Assembly: GCA_964435575.1 (NCBI GenBank)
Contig: CAYSZS010000005.1
Location: 1-50,446 of the forward strand
Length of the DNA: 50,446 nt
Reading direction: 5' to 3'
From: an uncultured Gammaproteobacteria bacterium
GTDB lineage: Bacteria > Patescibacteriota > Microgenomatia > UBA8517
A program made the translations under genes and the position numbers. The notes below the pieces were generated by a model. The model saw nothing but the letters and a program-made list of their open reading frames with translations, was not told where the DNA came from and ran no database searches. Position 1 is the first letter of the stretch, and the number at the start of each line of letters is the position of its first letter. Of the stretch, positions 5,561 through 14,617 are shown piece after piece.

Positions 5561-8500
5561 ATGGTTGCTAAAAGAAGAAATTTTGGAAGAGAAGAAAAGA
5601 ATCTTCCTGAACTAGACTTATCACTCGTTCAGAAAGAGAGCTGGGAGTGGTTTTTGGAAGAGGGGATAAAAGACGAGCTTTCTGAAATAAATCCTATAGA
5701 CGATTTCACCGGTAAAAATTGGCAACTTGTCCTTGAAGATCCTGAGTTAGGATTAGCAAAGATAACCCCCAGAGTTTGTTCGGAAAAGGGCCTTACTTTT
5801 TCTGCACCTCTTAAAATAAAAGCAACATTAACAAGCAAAAGAACCGGCGAAAAAAGAACCCAAGAGGTATTTTTAGGTGATTTACCCCAAATGACATCAA
5901 GGGGAACTTTTATAATCAACGGGGTTGAAAGAGTGGTTATTAATCAAGTTGTCAGAAGTCCTGGGGTATACTTTTCGGGGGAACTTGATGCTTCAACCGG
6001 TCGTATGCTCCACTTTGCCGAAGTGCGTCCTATGCGTGGATCTTGGCTGGAATTCGAAGTTGATAGAAACGATATCATTTCAGCCCGCATTGACAGGAGA
6101 AGAAAAGTTGTCGCCACCGCACTCTTAAGGGCAATGGGCATTGAGTCTGACGGGGAGTTAGTTGATCTTTTTAAAGACCTGGACACGAACGAGCACCATA
6201 AGTATCTTGTCTCAACATTGGAAAAAGATCCTTCAAAGTCCAGTGAAGAAGCGCTTCTGGAAATCTACCGAAAGATGAGACCCGGAGAGCCCTCTCTATT
6301 AGAAAACGCAAAAACTCTCTTTGATGGACTTTTTTTTGATTCCAGGAGGTATGATTTGGGAAAAGTAGGACGTTTCAAGATAAATAAAAGGCTTGGTTTA
6401 AATCTTGTAAATGAAAAAACAAACTGGGTTTTAACCCGTCAAGATGTAGTAGCCACAATCTCTTATCTAATTGGCTTACAAAATGGTAAGGGGGCTGTTG
6501 ATGATATTGATCATTTGGCTAATAGACGCCTCAGACGCGTAGGCGAGCTTGTTTCGACAAATGCTTTTAGGGTCGGCCTGTTGAGGCTCGAGCGGTCGGT
6601 AAAAGAGAAAATGAGTTTAATTTCTCCTGATGATAAGCCACTTCCGGCAAACCTGATTAATGCCCGGCCTCTTATTGCGGCCCTAAACGAGTTCTTCCGT
6701 TCCAATCAATTATCGACAATTTTGGACGACACGAATCCGCTTGCTGAAATAGATAATTTGAGGCGCGTTTCTGTTCTTGGCCCCGGAGGGATAAATCGTG
6801 AGAGAGCCTCGTTTTCGATTCGTGATGTTAACTCATCCCAATATGGAAGAATTGATCCAGTAAGAACCCCCGAAGGACCCAATATTGGTCTTGTCACATA
6901 TCTTTCGCTCTACTGCCGGATTAACGAGTATGGTTTCATTGAGGCACCCCATAGAAAGGTCGAAAAGGTCAAGAGAAATGGCAAAGTTAGTGTAAAGATA
7001 AGTAACGAAATCGTTTATCTTTCCGCAGACGACGAGGAAAATTATTACATTACCCACTCCAACTTGAATATTGACGCACGAGGATATATAAAGGACAACA
7101 GGGTTCCATTTAGGCACAAAGGAACCGTTACAGAAGGACCGTTAGAACTTATTGACTTTGTTGATATCACGCCAAAGCAAGTTGTCGGCGCCTCTTCGTC
7201 CCTTATACCTTTTCTTTCGCATGACCACGGAAACCGTGCTCTTATGGGAGCAAATATGCAGTGCCAAGCAGTCCCCTTAATTTCTCCAGAATCGCCCTTG
7301 GTCGGAACCGGTATGGAGAAAGTTGTTGCGGAAGGTATGGGTAGGTTTGTAAAAGCGCTAACCGATGGAGAAATAACATATGTTGATTCTGAGAAAGTGG
7401 TGATGAGTGTGAGGAAGCCGATCGATTCACAAGAGATTCAAAACTCTGACGACATCGAGATTTCTGAGGGTGGGAAAAAGATTACTTATTATCTTACAAA
7501 ATTTAAAAGAACCGCAAACTCGACTTGCTATAACCAAATAGTTGCTGTTTCTCTGGGGCAGAAGGTCAAAAAAGGAGATCTTCTTGCAGATGGGCCTGCG
7601 GTTTATAAAGGTGAACTTGCTTTGGGCAGAAACCTTACCATAGCTTATTGCTCTTTTGAGGGTTATGGATTCGAAGACGCTATAGTAATTTCAGACAGAC
7701 TTATAAAAGAAGACCTTTTGTCTTCAATTCACATAGAAGAGTATGAGGCGGATGTTGTTGATACCAAATTAGGACAAGAGGAGCTGACCCGTGACATTCC
7801 AAATGTTGCCGAAACAGACCTTGCCAACTTAGCCGAAGACGGAATTGTTGTTAATGGGGCAGAGGTTGGTCCCAATGATATTTTAGTTGGCAAGATTGCT
7901 CCTAAGGGTGAAACCGAACTGACTGCAGAGGAACGCTTGCTTCGAGCCATATTTGGCGAGAAGGCTCGAGAGGTCAGAGATACGTCTTTGAGAGTCCCAC
8001 ACGGTGAGAGAGGGATAGTCGTCGATGTATCCATTTTGGATAGAGAAAAAGGAGACGAGTTGGGACCAGGCGTTCTTAAGAGGGTTATTGTTAAAGTTGC
8101 GCAAATGAGGAAAATTGCTGTTGGAGATAAAATAGCTGGTCGCCATGGTAATAAAGGAGTTATTGCAAAGATATTACCGGTTGCCGATATGCCTTACATG
8201 GCAGACGGAACTCCAGTCGATATCATAATTTCTCCATTATCGGTCCTTGCCCGAATGAATTTGGGTCAGCTTTTGGAGGCACATCTGGGTTGGGCTTTAT
8301 CGAAGACCGACCAAAAAGCAGCAGTTCCTGTTTTTGAGCGAGTTCCTGAAAGCTTAATTATTGAAGAACTGAGGAGTGCCGGACTTCCCTTAAACGGAAA
8401 AACGCGACTTATTGACGGGAAAACAGGTGAAGCTTTTAAAGAAGATACCGTAGTTGGGGTTGGTTATATCTTGAAGTTAAAGCATATGGTTGAGGACAAG

Positions 8501-8935
8501 ACCCATGCTCGCTCGACCGGCCCTTATTCTTTGGTGACACAACAACCTTTGGGTGGAAAAGCTCAAATGGGAGGTCAACGTCTTGGGGAGATGGAGGTTT
8601 GGGGACTGGAGGCACATCGCGCAGCCTATATTTTGCAAGAGATGTTGACCATAAAGTCAGATGACATTGTGGGAAGAGCAAGGGCATTTGAGGCTATAGT
8701 TAAGGGAGTCGATATTCCAGAAGCAACAATTCCCGAAAGTTTTAAAGTTTTGGTTAGAGAGCTTAATTCTTTGGGTCTTTTGATTATTGCTAAAGATGGT
8801 GTTTATAAAGATATCGAAGAAGAAGATGTGGGCAAAGCACAAGAGCTTGCGAAAATTGCTGGGGCCGAACTTGTCGCAACACGGGAGTTAGTCGCTGACC
8901 AAGGGCCGATGGAAGTAGAAGAAACAATAACTTAA
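5561..8935 (+). CDS. rpoB: DNA-directed RNA polymerase subunit beta
   Basis: 1124 aa. Conserved blocks GTFIINGVERVVINQ, NRRLRRVGEL, FGEKAREVRDTS, GRHGNKGVI, GEMEVWALE-like GEMEVWGLEAH. Confidence 0.97.
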   Translation: MVAKRRNFGREEKNLPELDLSLVQKESWEWFLEEGIKDELSEINPIDDFTGKNWQLVLEDPELGLAKITPRVCSEKGLTFSAPLKIKATLTSKRTGEKRTQEVFLGDLPQMTSRGTFIINGVERVVINQVVRSPGVYFSGELDASTGRMLHFAEVRPMRGSWLEFEVDRNDIISARIDRRRKVVATALLRAMGIESDGELVDLFKDLDTNEHHKYLVSTLEKDPSKSSEEALLEIYRKMRPGEPSLLENAKTLFDGLFFDSRRYDLGKVGRFKINKRLGLNLVNEKTNWVLTRQDVVATISYLIGLQNGKGAVDDIDHLANRRLRRVGELVSTNAFRVGLLRLERSVKEKMSLISPDDKPLPANLINARPLIAALNEFFRSNQLSTILDDTNPLAEIDNLRRVSVLGPGGINRERASFSIRDVNSSQYGRIDPVRTPEGPNIGLVTYLSLYCRINEYGFIEAPHRKVEKVKRNGKVSVKISNEIVYLSADDEENYYITHSNLNIDARGYIKDNRVPFRHKGTVTEGPLELIDFVDITPKQVVGASSSLIPFLSHDHGNRALMGANMQCQAVPLISPESPLVGTGMEKVVAEGMGRFVKALTDGEITYVDSEKVVMSVRKPIDSQEIQNSDDIEISEGGKKITYYLTKFKRTANSTCYNQIVAVSLGQKVKKGDLLADGPAVYKGELALGRNLTIAYCSFEGYGFEDAIVISDRLIKEDLLSSIHIEEYEADVVDTKLGQEELTRDIPNVAETDLANLAEDGIVVNGAEVGPNDILVGKIAPKGETELTAEERLLRAIFGEKAREVRDTSLRVPHGERGIVVDVSILDREKGDELGPGVLKRVIVKVAQMRKIAVGDKIAGRHGNKGVIAKILPVADMPYMADGTPVDIIISPLSVLARMNLGQLLEAHLGWALSKTDQKAAVPVFERVPESLIIEELRSAGLPLNGKTRLIDGKTGEAFKEDTVVGVGYILKLKHMVEDKTHARSTGPYSLVTQQPLGGKAQMGGQRLGEMEVWGLEAHRAAYILQEMLTIKSDDIVGRARAFEAIVKGVDIPEATIPESFKVLVRELNSLGLLIIAKDGVYKDIEEEDVGKAQELAKIAGAELVATRELVADQGPMEVEETIT

Positions 8936-9043
8936 TAGACAAATATTACAAATATTCAAATAAACAAATAATAAATATATATTCCCCTCAATTTGTTTAT
9001 TAGTTTATTTGTTTATTATTTTTTTATTTAAGCGAAGCGAATT

Positions 9044-12000
9044 ATGGAACCATTATCTGGATTAAAAAATTTAACCGATTTCAAAAGTCTGATTATTCGT
9101 CTGGCTTCACCTGAGGATATTCGTGAATGGTCAAGAGGCGAGATTACTAAGCCAGAAACAATAAATTACAGGACTTTGAAGCCCGAGAAAGACGGGCTTT
9201 TTGACGAAAGGATTTTCGGGCCTACAAAAGATTGGGAGTGTTATTGTGGAAAATATAAAAGGATTCGCTATAAAGGAGTAATATGCGATAAATGCGGAGT
9301 TGAGGTGACTCAATCACGAGTAAGGCGCGAGCGTATGGGACATATTAGTCTTGCGTCACCCGCGGTGCACGTTTGGTTTTTCAAAGGAGCACCTTCAAAG
9401 ATTTCTCTTCTTTTAGACGTTGCACCGAGAGCTTTGGAGCAAGTTATATATTTTGCGAGATATTTGATTCTCGAGGTCGATGAAAAAGGTAAAAAAAGTG
9501 CGATAACAAGACTTGAGGAAGCATTTAAAGGGAGAGAAAAGGAAATAAAACAGCTTTATGAGGAAAGAAGGAAGTTATTGAAGGCTAAGTTAGATGAAGA
9601 GAAGAAAAAAGTCAACAAAAAAGTCAAAGACAAGGAACAGCTGGCTCTCGTTCTCTCAGAGACAGATTTAGAGTTTCGTAAAAGAGAAACAGCTCAACAA
9701 GAGGAGGAAAAGCAAACTTTAGAAAGAACCAGGCAGCTTTTCGAAAATCTAATACTTTTGGTGAGAGGCTTAAAACGAATGGTCATACTTTCAGAGGAAG
9801 AATTCGATGAGTTGGCAAAATATAATGCAACAGATTTTTTTGAGGCGAAGATGGGTGCCGAGGCGGTTTCCTCTGCGATAGAAAAAATTAACCTTGAAGA
9901 ATTGGCGGTTAATCTGCGAAAAGAACTGGAGATTACAAAAGGAAACACTTCTCGTTATATAAAACTGACTAAACAGCTGAAAATAGTAGACGGTATGCGA
10001 AAGTCGAAAATCAATCCTTCCTGGGTAGTTATTAAAGTTCTTCCGGTACTTCCACCTGATTTGCGACCAATGGTTCAACTTTCCGGCGGACGTTTTGCGA
10101 CGAGTGACTTGAATGATCTTTATAGGCGCGTCATCAATAGAAATAACCGACTTAAACACCTTATTGAGTTGGGTGCGCCTGAGATAATCCTTAGAAATGA
10201 AAAAAGAATGCTACAGGAATCTGTTGATTCCTTGATCGATGCGTCGCAGCGAAAAGCTACGCGACGAGGTCGCGGAAGACAACCACTACGTTCTCTTTCG
10301 GATATGCTTAGAGGTAAGCAAGGTAGATTTAGACAAAACCTTCTGGGAAAAAGGGTTGATTATTCGGGGCGCTCTGTAATTATAGTCGGGCCGGACCTTA
10401 AACTTAATCAATGTGGGCTCCCTAAAGATATGGCGCTCGAGATGTTTAAGCCTTTCGTTCTCAGAGAAATGATTACCAAAGGCATTGCTCCGAATGTAAA
10501 ATCCGCAAAAAATATGCTTGACAAGCGCCCCCCGGAAGTATTTGACATCTTAGACGAAATTACGAAAGACCACCCGGTTCTTTTAAACAGGGCCCCGACT
10601 CTTCATAAACTAAGTATCCAAGCCTTCTATCCTATTTTGATTGAGGGATCTGCCATAAGGATTCACCCGGCGGTCTGTAGCGGATTCAACGCAGATTTTG
10701 ATGGCGATCAAATGGCAGTACACGTTCCTTTATCGATGAAGGCCATCGAAGAAGCCAAGAATTTGATGCTTCCCCAACACAATCTCTTAAGGCCTGCTGA
10801 CGGAAGTCCAATAACAACGCCGGCCAGCAAAGAAATGGCGCTTGGGGTTTATTATCTTACGAGTATAGACCCAGATATTAAAGAATCAGAGACTATCTTT
10901 TCTGATAGCGAAGAGGCACTTTTTTCTTATCAGGCGGGTAAGACTGCCTTAAGGCAAAAAATTACGGTGAGAGTAAACGGGAGTTTGCTAGTAACGAGCG
11001 TTGGGAGGATTCTTTTTAACGAAATATTGCCTACCGGTTTTGATTTTGTAAACGAGGCCGTAACTTCTTCAAAGATTAAAGAAGTTTTTACCAAAGCATA
11101 TACGAGTCTCGACAAAGAGGATGTAGTAAAGATGGTTGACGCAATAAAAGACCTTGGATTTTATGGGGGAACCATATCCGGACTTTCTTATGGAATCTTT
11201 GATTCAAAGATTCTTCCAGATAAGGAAAAACACCTTGAAAGGGCAGATAAGCTGGTTTCGGGGCATGAAAAGAATTTTAGTCAGGGGCTTATAACCAGCG
11301 AGGAGAAAAGAAGACTGAGTCAGCAGGTTTGGATCGAAATCACCGAAGAATTGGCGGATAAGACCTGGGATTTACTGGAGGAGACGAATCCGATAAAGGT
11401 CATCAGCAACGCAAAGGTTGGTCGTGTATCGCGAGATCAAGTAAAACAGCTTGCTGCAATACAGGGCTTGGTCGTAGATCCTTTGGGTAAAATTGTTGAA
11501 CTTCCGATTAAGGCTAATTTTAAGGAGGGGCTTTCGGTATTTGAGTATGTGACAAGCTCGCGTGGAGCCAGAAAAGGGCTGACCGATACGGCCTTAAAAA
11601 CCGCAGACGCGGGTTACCTTACCAGACGCCTTGTGGATGTTGCCCACGACGTTATTGTGAGAAAAGAGGATTGCGGGACAAGCGATGGGTTTATGATAAA
11701 GAGTGGGAATCGATCTCGCTCGTTTGCACTAAGAATTTACGGAAGATTTGCAGCAGAAGACGTCAAAGTAAAAGACGGAGGAAAGGAGAAAACCATTGTT
11801 GTTAAGGGAGATGTTATCGACGAGGAAAAAGCCGGTCAAATTGATGCATCACGGATTGAGCAAGTATTAGTCTATTCGCCGATAACCTGCGCATCTCGTT
11901 ATGGCATTTGTACCAAATGTTACGGATGGGATCTGGGCGACAAAAGTATCGTTGGGCTTGGGACTCCGGTTGGCGTAATTGCCGCGCAGTCCATAGGCGA

Positions 12001-12799
12001 ACCCGGAACTCAGTTAACCCTTCGAACAAAACACTCGGGAGGCGTTGTAGGAATTGACGTAACCCAAGGACTACCAAGAGTTGAAGAACTTATCGAAGCG
12101 CGTACTCCCAAAATCATGGCTCCTTTGGCAGAAATTTCGGGCAAAGTCAGAATTGGAGAGACTGAAGAGGGTTGGAAACTGATTATTACCTCAGGAAAGA
12201 CCAAACCCAAGGAGGAAAGAGAATATATAATTCCAAAAACGGTAAAGCTAACCGTAGCTGACAGAGAATTTCTTGAAGCAGGAACGCCACTTGCCGAAGG
12301 GTCGTTGGATATAAGAGAAATACTTTCAATTAAGGGACTAAGAGCCGCCCAGGAGTATCTTGTTCAGGAGATCCAGAAGGTTTATGAAAGTCAGGGAATC
12401 CCGATTCACGATAAACATTTTGAGGTAATAACCAGAAAAATGAGTGACGAGGTTAGAATCATAACTTCGGGTGATACCCCACTTCTTCCGGGAGAATTGG
12501 TAGAAAAAGCGACGTTCGAAGAGGAGAATGAGAAAGTTTTAGCAGCAGGAGGAGAACCGGCCAGTGCTCAGCAAGTAATCTTGGGAATAACAAGAAGAGC
12601 TTTGTTTACAGAAAGTTGGCTCTCCGCCGCCTCGTTCCAGATGACCACAGATATTCTTACAAATGCTGCGCTTTTGGGGAAAGAAGATAGGCTTTACGGT
12701 TTGAAGGAAAATGTGATTATAGGGCGTCTTATTCCGGTAACACCAGAAAGAGCAAGACTGAATATTGGAGATAAAATGCCCGAGCCGGAGGCGACTTAA
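9044..12799 (+). CDS. rpoC: DNA-directed RNA polymerase subunit beta'
   Basis: 1251 aa. Zn motif CYCGKYKRIRYKGVICDKCGVEV, catalytic NADFDGDQMAVH, LLNRAPTLHKLSIQAF. Confidence 0.97.
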   Translation: MEPLSGLKNLTDFKSLIIRLASPEDIREWSRGEITKPETINYRTLKPEKDGLFDERIFGPTKDWECYCGKYKRIRYKGVICDKCGVEVTQSRVRRERMGHISLASPAVHVWFFKGAPSKISLLLDVAPRALEQVIYFARYLILEVDEKGKKSAITRLEEAFKGREKEIKQLYEERRKLLKAKLDEEKKKVNKKVKDKEQLALVLSETDLEFRKRETAQQEEEKQTLERTRQLFENLILLVRGLKRMVILSEEEFDELAKYNATDFFEAKMGAEAVSSAIEKINLEELAVNLRKELEITKGNTSRYIKLTKQLKIVDGMRKSKINPSWVVIKVLPVLPPDLRPMVQLSGGRFATSDLNDLYRRVINRNNRLKHLIELGAPEIILRNEKRMLQESVDSLIDASQRKATRRGRGRQPLRSLSDMLRGKQGRFRQNLLGKRVDYSGRSVIIVGPDLKLNQCGLPKDMALEMFKPFVLREMITKGIAPNVKSAKNMLDKRPPEVFDILDEITKDHPVLLNRAPTLHKLSIQAFYPILIEGSAIRIHPAVCSGFNADFDGDQMAVHVPLSMKAIEEAKNLMLPQHNLLRPADGSPITTPASKEMALGVYYLTSIDPDIKESETIFSDSEEALFSYQAGKTALRQKITVRVNGSLLVTSVGRILFNEILPTGFDFVNEAVTSSKIKEVFTKAYTSLDKEDVVKMVDAIKDLGFYGGTISGLSYGIFDSKILPDKEKHLERADKLVSGHEKNFSQGLITSEEKRRLSQQVWIEITEELADKTWDLLEETNPIKVISNAKVGRVSRDQVKQLAAIQGLVVDPLGKIVELPIKANFKEGLSVFEYVTSSRGARKGLTDTALKTADAGYLTRRLVDVAHDVIVRKEDCGTSDGFMIKSGNRSRSFALRIYGRFAAEDVKVKDGGKEKTIVVKGDVIDEEKAGQIDASRIEQVLVYSPITCASRYGICTKCYGWDLGDKSIVGLGTPVGVIAAQSIGEPGTQLTLRTKHSGGVVGIDVTQGLPRVEELIEARTPKIMAPLAEISGKVRIGETEEGWKLIITSGKTKPKEEREYIIPKTVKLTVADREFLEAGTPLAEGSLDIREILSIKGLRAAQEYLVQEIQKVYESQGIPIHDKHFEVITRKMSDEVRIITSGDTPLLPGELVEKATFEEENEKVLAAGGEPASAQQVILGITRRALFTESWLSAASFQMTTDILTNAALLGKEDRLYGLKENVIIGRLIPVTPERARLNIGDKMPEPEAT

Positions 12800-12800
12800 G

Positions 12801-12829
12801 TTGCCCCAAACCTAAATTTTTTGTATAAT
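12801..12829 (+). promoter_or_regulatory. Sigma70-like promoter for rpsL (near-leaderless)
   Basis: TTGCCC (12801-12806), 17-nt spacer, TATAAT (12824-12829). The rpsL ATG at 12840 lies only 10 nt beyond the -10 box. Confidence 0.5.
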
Positions 12830-12839
12830 TTCCAAGATT

Positions 12840-13307
12840 ATGCCTACTGTTTCTCAACTTGTTCGTAAAGGAAGAAAAAGAATTGCCAAAAAAACCAAAA
12901 AGGCAGCTCTGCGGCGGTGGTTTAGTGCCAAAGACAGAAGATTTGGAGAGCACGCGTCTCCTTCCAAAAGGGGTGTTGTTCTACAAGTTAGAACAATGAC
13001 TCCAAGAAAGCCGAACTCGGCCTTGAGGAAGGTCGCAAGAGTCAGGCTTTCCAATAAGCAGGAAGTTACGGCTTATATCCCGGGTGAAGGACACGAGCTT
13101 AGCGAACACGCTATTATTCTAATTCGTGGCGGGACGGTTAAGGATTTGCCGGGGATTAAGTATAAAGTTATAAGAGCTAAGTATGATACAACTGGAGTTG
13201 TAGGAAGAAAAAGCTCCAGAAGTAAGTATGGGACGAAGAAAGAGGGAGTTCAACGAGTAGTAACTGCGGCGACAACTGAGGAAAAACCCGTTGCCACAAG
13301 TACTTAA
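12840..13307 (+). CDS. rpsL: 30S ribosomal protein S12 (with internal insert and C-terminal extension)
   Basis: [41 protein letters not shown]. Confidence 0.95.
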   Translation: MPTVSQLVRKGRKRIAKKTKKAALRRWFSAKDRRFGEHASPSKRGVVLQVRTMTPRKPNSALRKVARVRLSNKQEVTAYIPGEGHELSEHAIILIRGGTVKDLPGIKYKVIRAKYDTTGVVGRKSSRSKYGTKKEGVQRVVTAATTEEKPVATST

Positions 13308-13321
13308 TCTTTATCAATTTC

Positions 13322-13364
13322 AGGACAAAATACTTGTCCTAAAGCGACTGAAAGGAGTCGAAGG
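13322..13364 (+). promoter_or_regulatory. Conserved leader motif abutting the start codon (copy 1 of 3, divergent)
   Basis: Hairpin AGGACAA/TTGTCCT (13322-13340), hairpin CGACT/AGTCG (13345-13360), then AAGG immediately before the ATG. Shares CTTGTCCT...GAGTCGAAGGATG with the tuf and rpmJ leaders. Confidence 0.6.
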
Positions 13365-13841
13365 ATGCCAAGAAGAGGACAGGCTAAAATCAGAGAAATG
13401 AAACCTGATCCAATCTATAAAAACAGATTGGTCACAAAATTTATAAATAGATCCATGAGAGATGGTAAGAAATCTGTTGCTCAAAGGCAGGTTTATGACG
13501 CTTTTGTAATCCTTAAGGAAAAGGGTGAGGATCCAATAAAAGTTTTCTCTCAGGCTCTTGAAAATGTAAAACCCTCGATGGAGGTTAGGCCACGAAGAGT
13601 CGGGGGAGCCGCTTATCAGATTCCGTTAACGGTTCGTGGTCCCCGACGCGAATCTCTTGCAATTCGCTGGATTATTTTTGCCGCAAGATCTCGTTCGAAC
13701 TCAGAATTTCATATATTTTCTGAAAAATTAGCTGCAGAACTAACTGACGCCGCCAAAGGGGAAGGTGGAGCAGTCAAAAAGAAACAGGAAATGGAAAGAG
13801 TAGCTGAAGCGAATCGTGCCTTCGCCCATTTTAGATGGTAG
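13365..13841 (+). CDS. rpsG: 30S ribosomal protein S7
   Basis: MPRRGQ...; ends AFAHFRW-TAG, the canonical S7 C-terminus. Confidence 0.95.
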   Translation: MPRRGQAKIREMKPDPIYKNRLVTKFINRSMRDGKKSVAQRQVYDAFVILKEKGEDPIKVFSQALENVKPSMEVRPRRVGGAAYQIPLTVRGPRRESLAIRWIIFAARSRSNSEFHIFSEKLAAELTDAAKGEGGAVKKKQEMERVAEANRAFAHFRW

Positions 13842-13845
13842 TTTT

Positions 13846-14058
13846 ATGGATGATCTCACGTCACTCCGTCAATCGTTGAGAAAGTTACCCGAGGAAAATC
13901 TTGAGGAAATGGTGGAAGCCGCAACTGAGGCACGAAAACTGGCAGAACATTTTTATGGAAGACACGGGGGAATTTCTGCACGCTTTGCTGAAGAAGTTTC
14001 AACAAAATGGTTATTAGGAACTGTGGCAAGAGCAGTTATGAGAAAAAGAGAAGCTTAA
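13846..14058 (+). CDS. Hypothetical small protein (70 aa) inserted between rpsG and fusA
   Basis: ATG 4 nt after the rpsG stop. No recognisable motif. Helical, charged composition. Confidence 0.4.
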   Translation: MDDLTSLRQSLRKLPEENLEEMVEAATEARKLAEHFYGRHGGISARFAEEVSTKWLLGTVARAVMRKREA

Positions 14059-14070
14059 TTTAGCTCAAAA

Positions 14071-14424
14071 TTATTCCTCCCAAATCGTATCGTTTCCTTC
14101 AGGAAGATTTATCTTAAAAACTACTAATTTAAAGTCTTTATTAGATCTATTCCAAAGATTGTGTTTATCCTCTGGATTACAAATGAATGCATCTCCTGGT
14201 TTTGCGATATACTCTTTTCCGTCTATAAATATTGAGCATTCACCTTGAAGTGTGTAAAAAACTTCTGTTTGTTTATTGTGTGAATGCACCCTTTGTTTTG
14301 TATTTGCTGGGATTGTAACTGTTTGGAGTAAATGTCCTTTCTGTTCAAAGTCGGCTGGAGAGAATATTATGGTTTTTGAATAATCTTTATGATGCGAAGT
14401 GTCACCTGAACCAGACTTGCGATA
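14071..14424 (-). CDS. Cupin-domain protein lacking a canonical start (possible pseudogene)
   Basis: Cupin motif 1 HSHNKQTEVFYTLQG and motif 2 GDAFICNPEDKHNLWN. The frame is open upstream to 14424. The only in-frame ATG (14430-14428) is followed directly by TAA. The track GTG start at 14289 falls inside motif 1. Confidence 0.6.
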   Translation of the reverse strand, partial: YRKSGSGDTSHHKDYSKTIIFSPADFEQKGHLLQTVTIPANTKQRVHSHNKQTEVFYTLQGECSIFIDGKEYIAKPGDAFICNPEDKHNLWNRSNKDFKLVVFKINLPEGNDTIWEE

Positions 14425-14515
14425 TTACATTATGAAATTATATATTCTTGCCAGAAAATTATCTATGTTTATAACTCATTGATTTAACTTACAAACGTTG
14501 GTACAATTCTTTATG

Positions 14516-14543
14516 CTGCTTCCTTCCGGAGGCAGTTTATTTT
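14516..14543 (+). terminator. Intrinsic terminator-like hairpin upstream of fusA
   Basis: CTGCTTCC-TTCC-GGAGGCAG (8 bp with one G-U) followed by TTTATTTT. Confidence 0.45.
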
Positions 14544-14617
14544 GTAAAGAGGTTAAATTAGTTCTAAACTTAATCACGTAAACTCTCAATATCTTTATAT
14601 CTTAATATCTTTTTAAA

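Noticed and set aside
5629-12210. Numerous 60-120-aa ORFs antisense or out of frame inside rpoB and rpoC (and similar ones inside fusA, tuf, secY, pepF, rpoA and the MVA genes)
   Set aside because: They are fully embedded in strongly supported long conserved genes, with low-complexity or biased composition. These are typical shadow ORFs.
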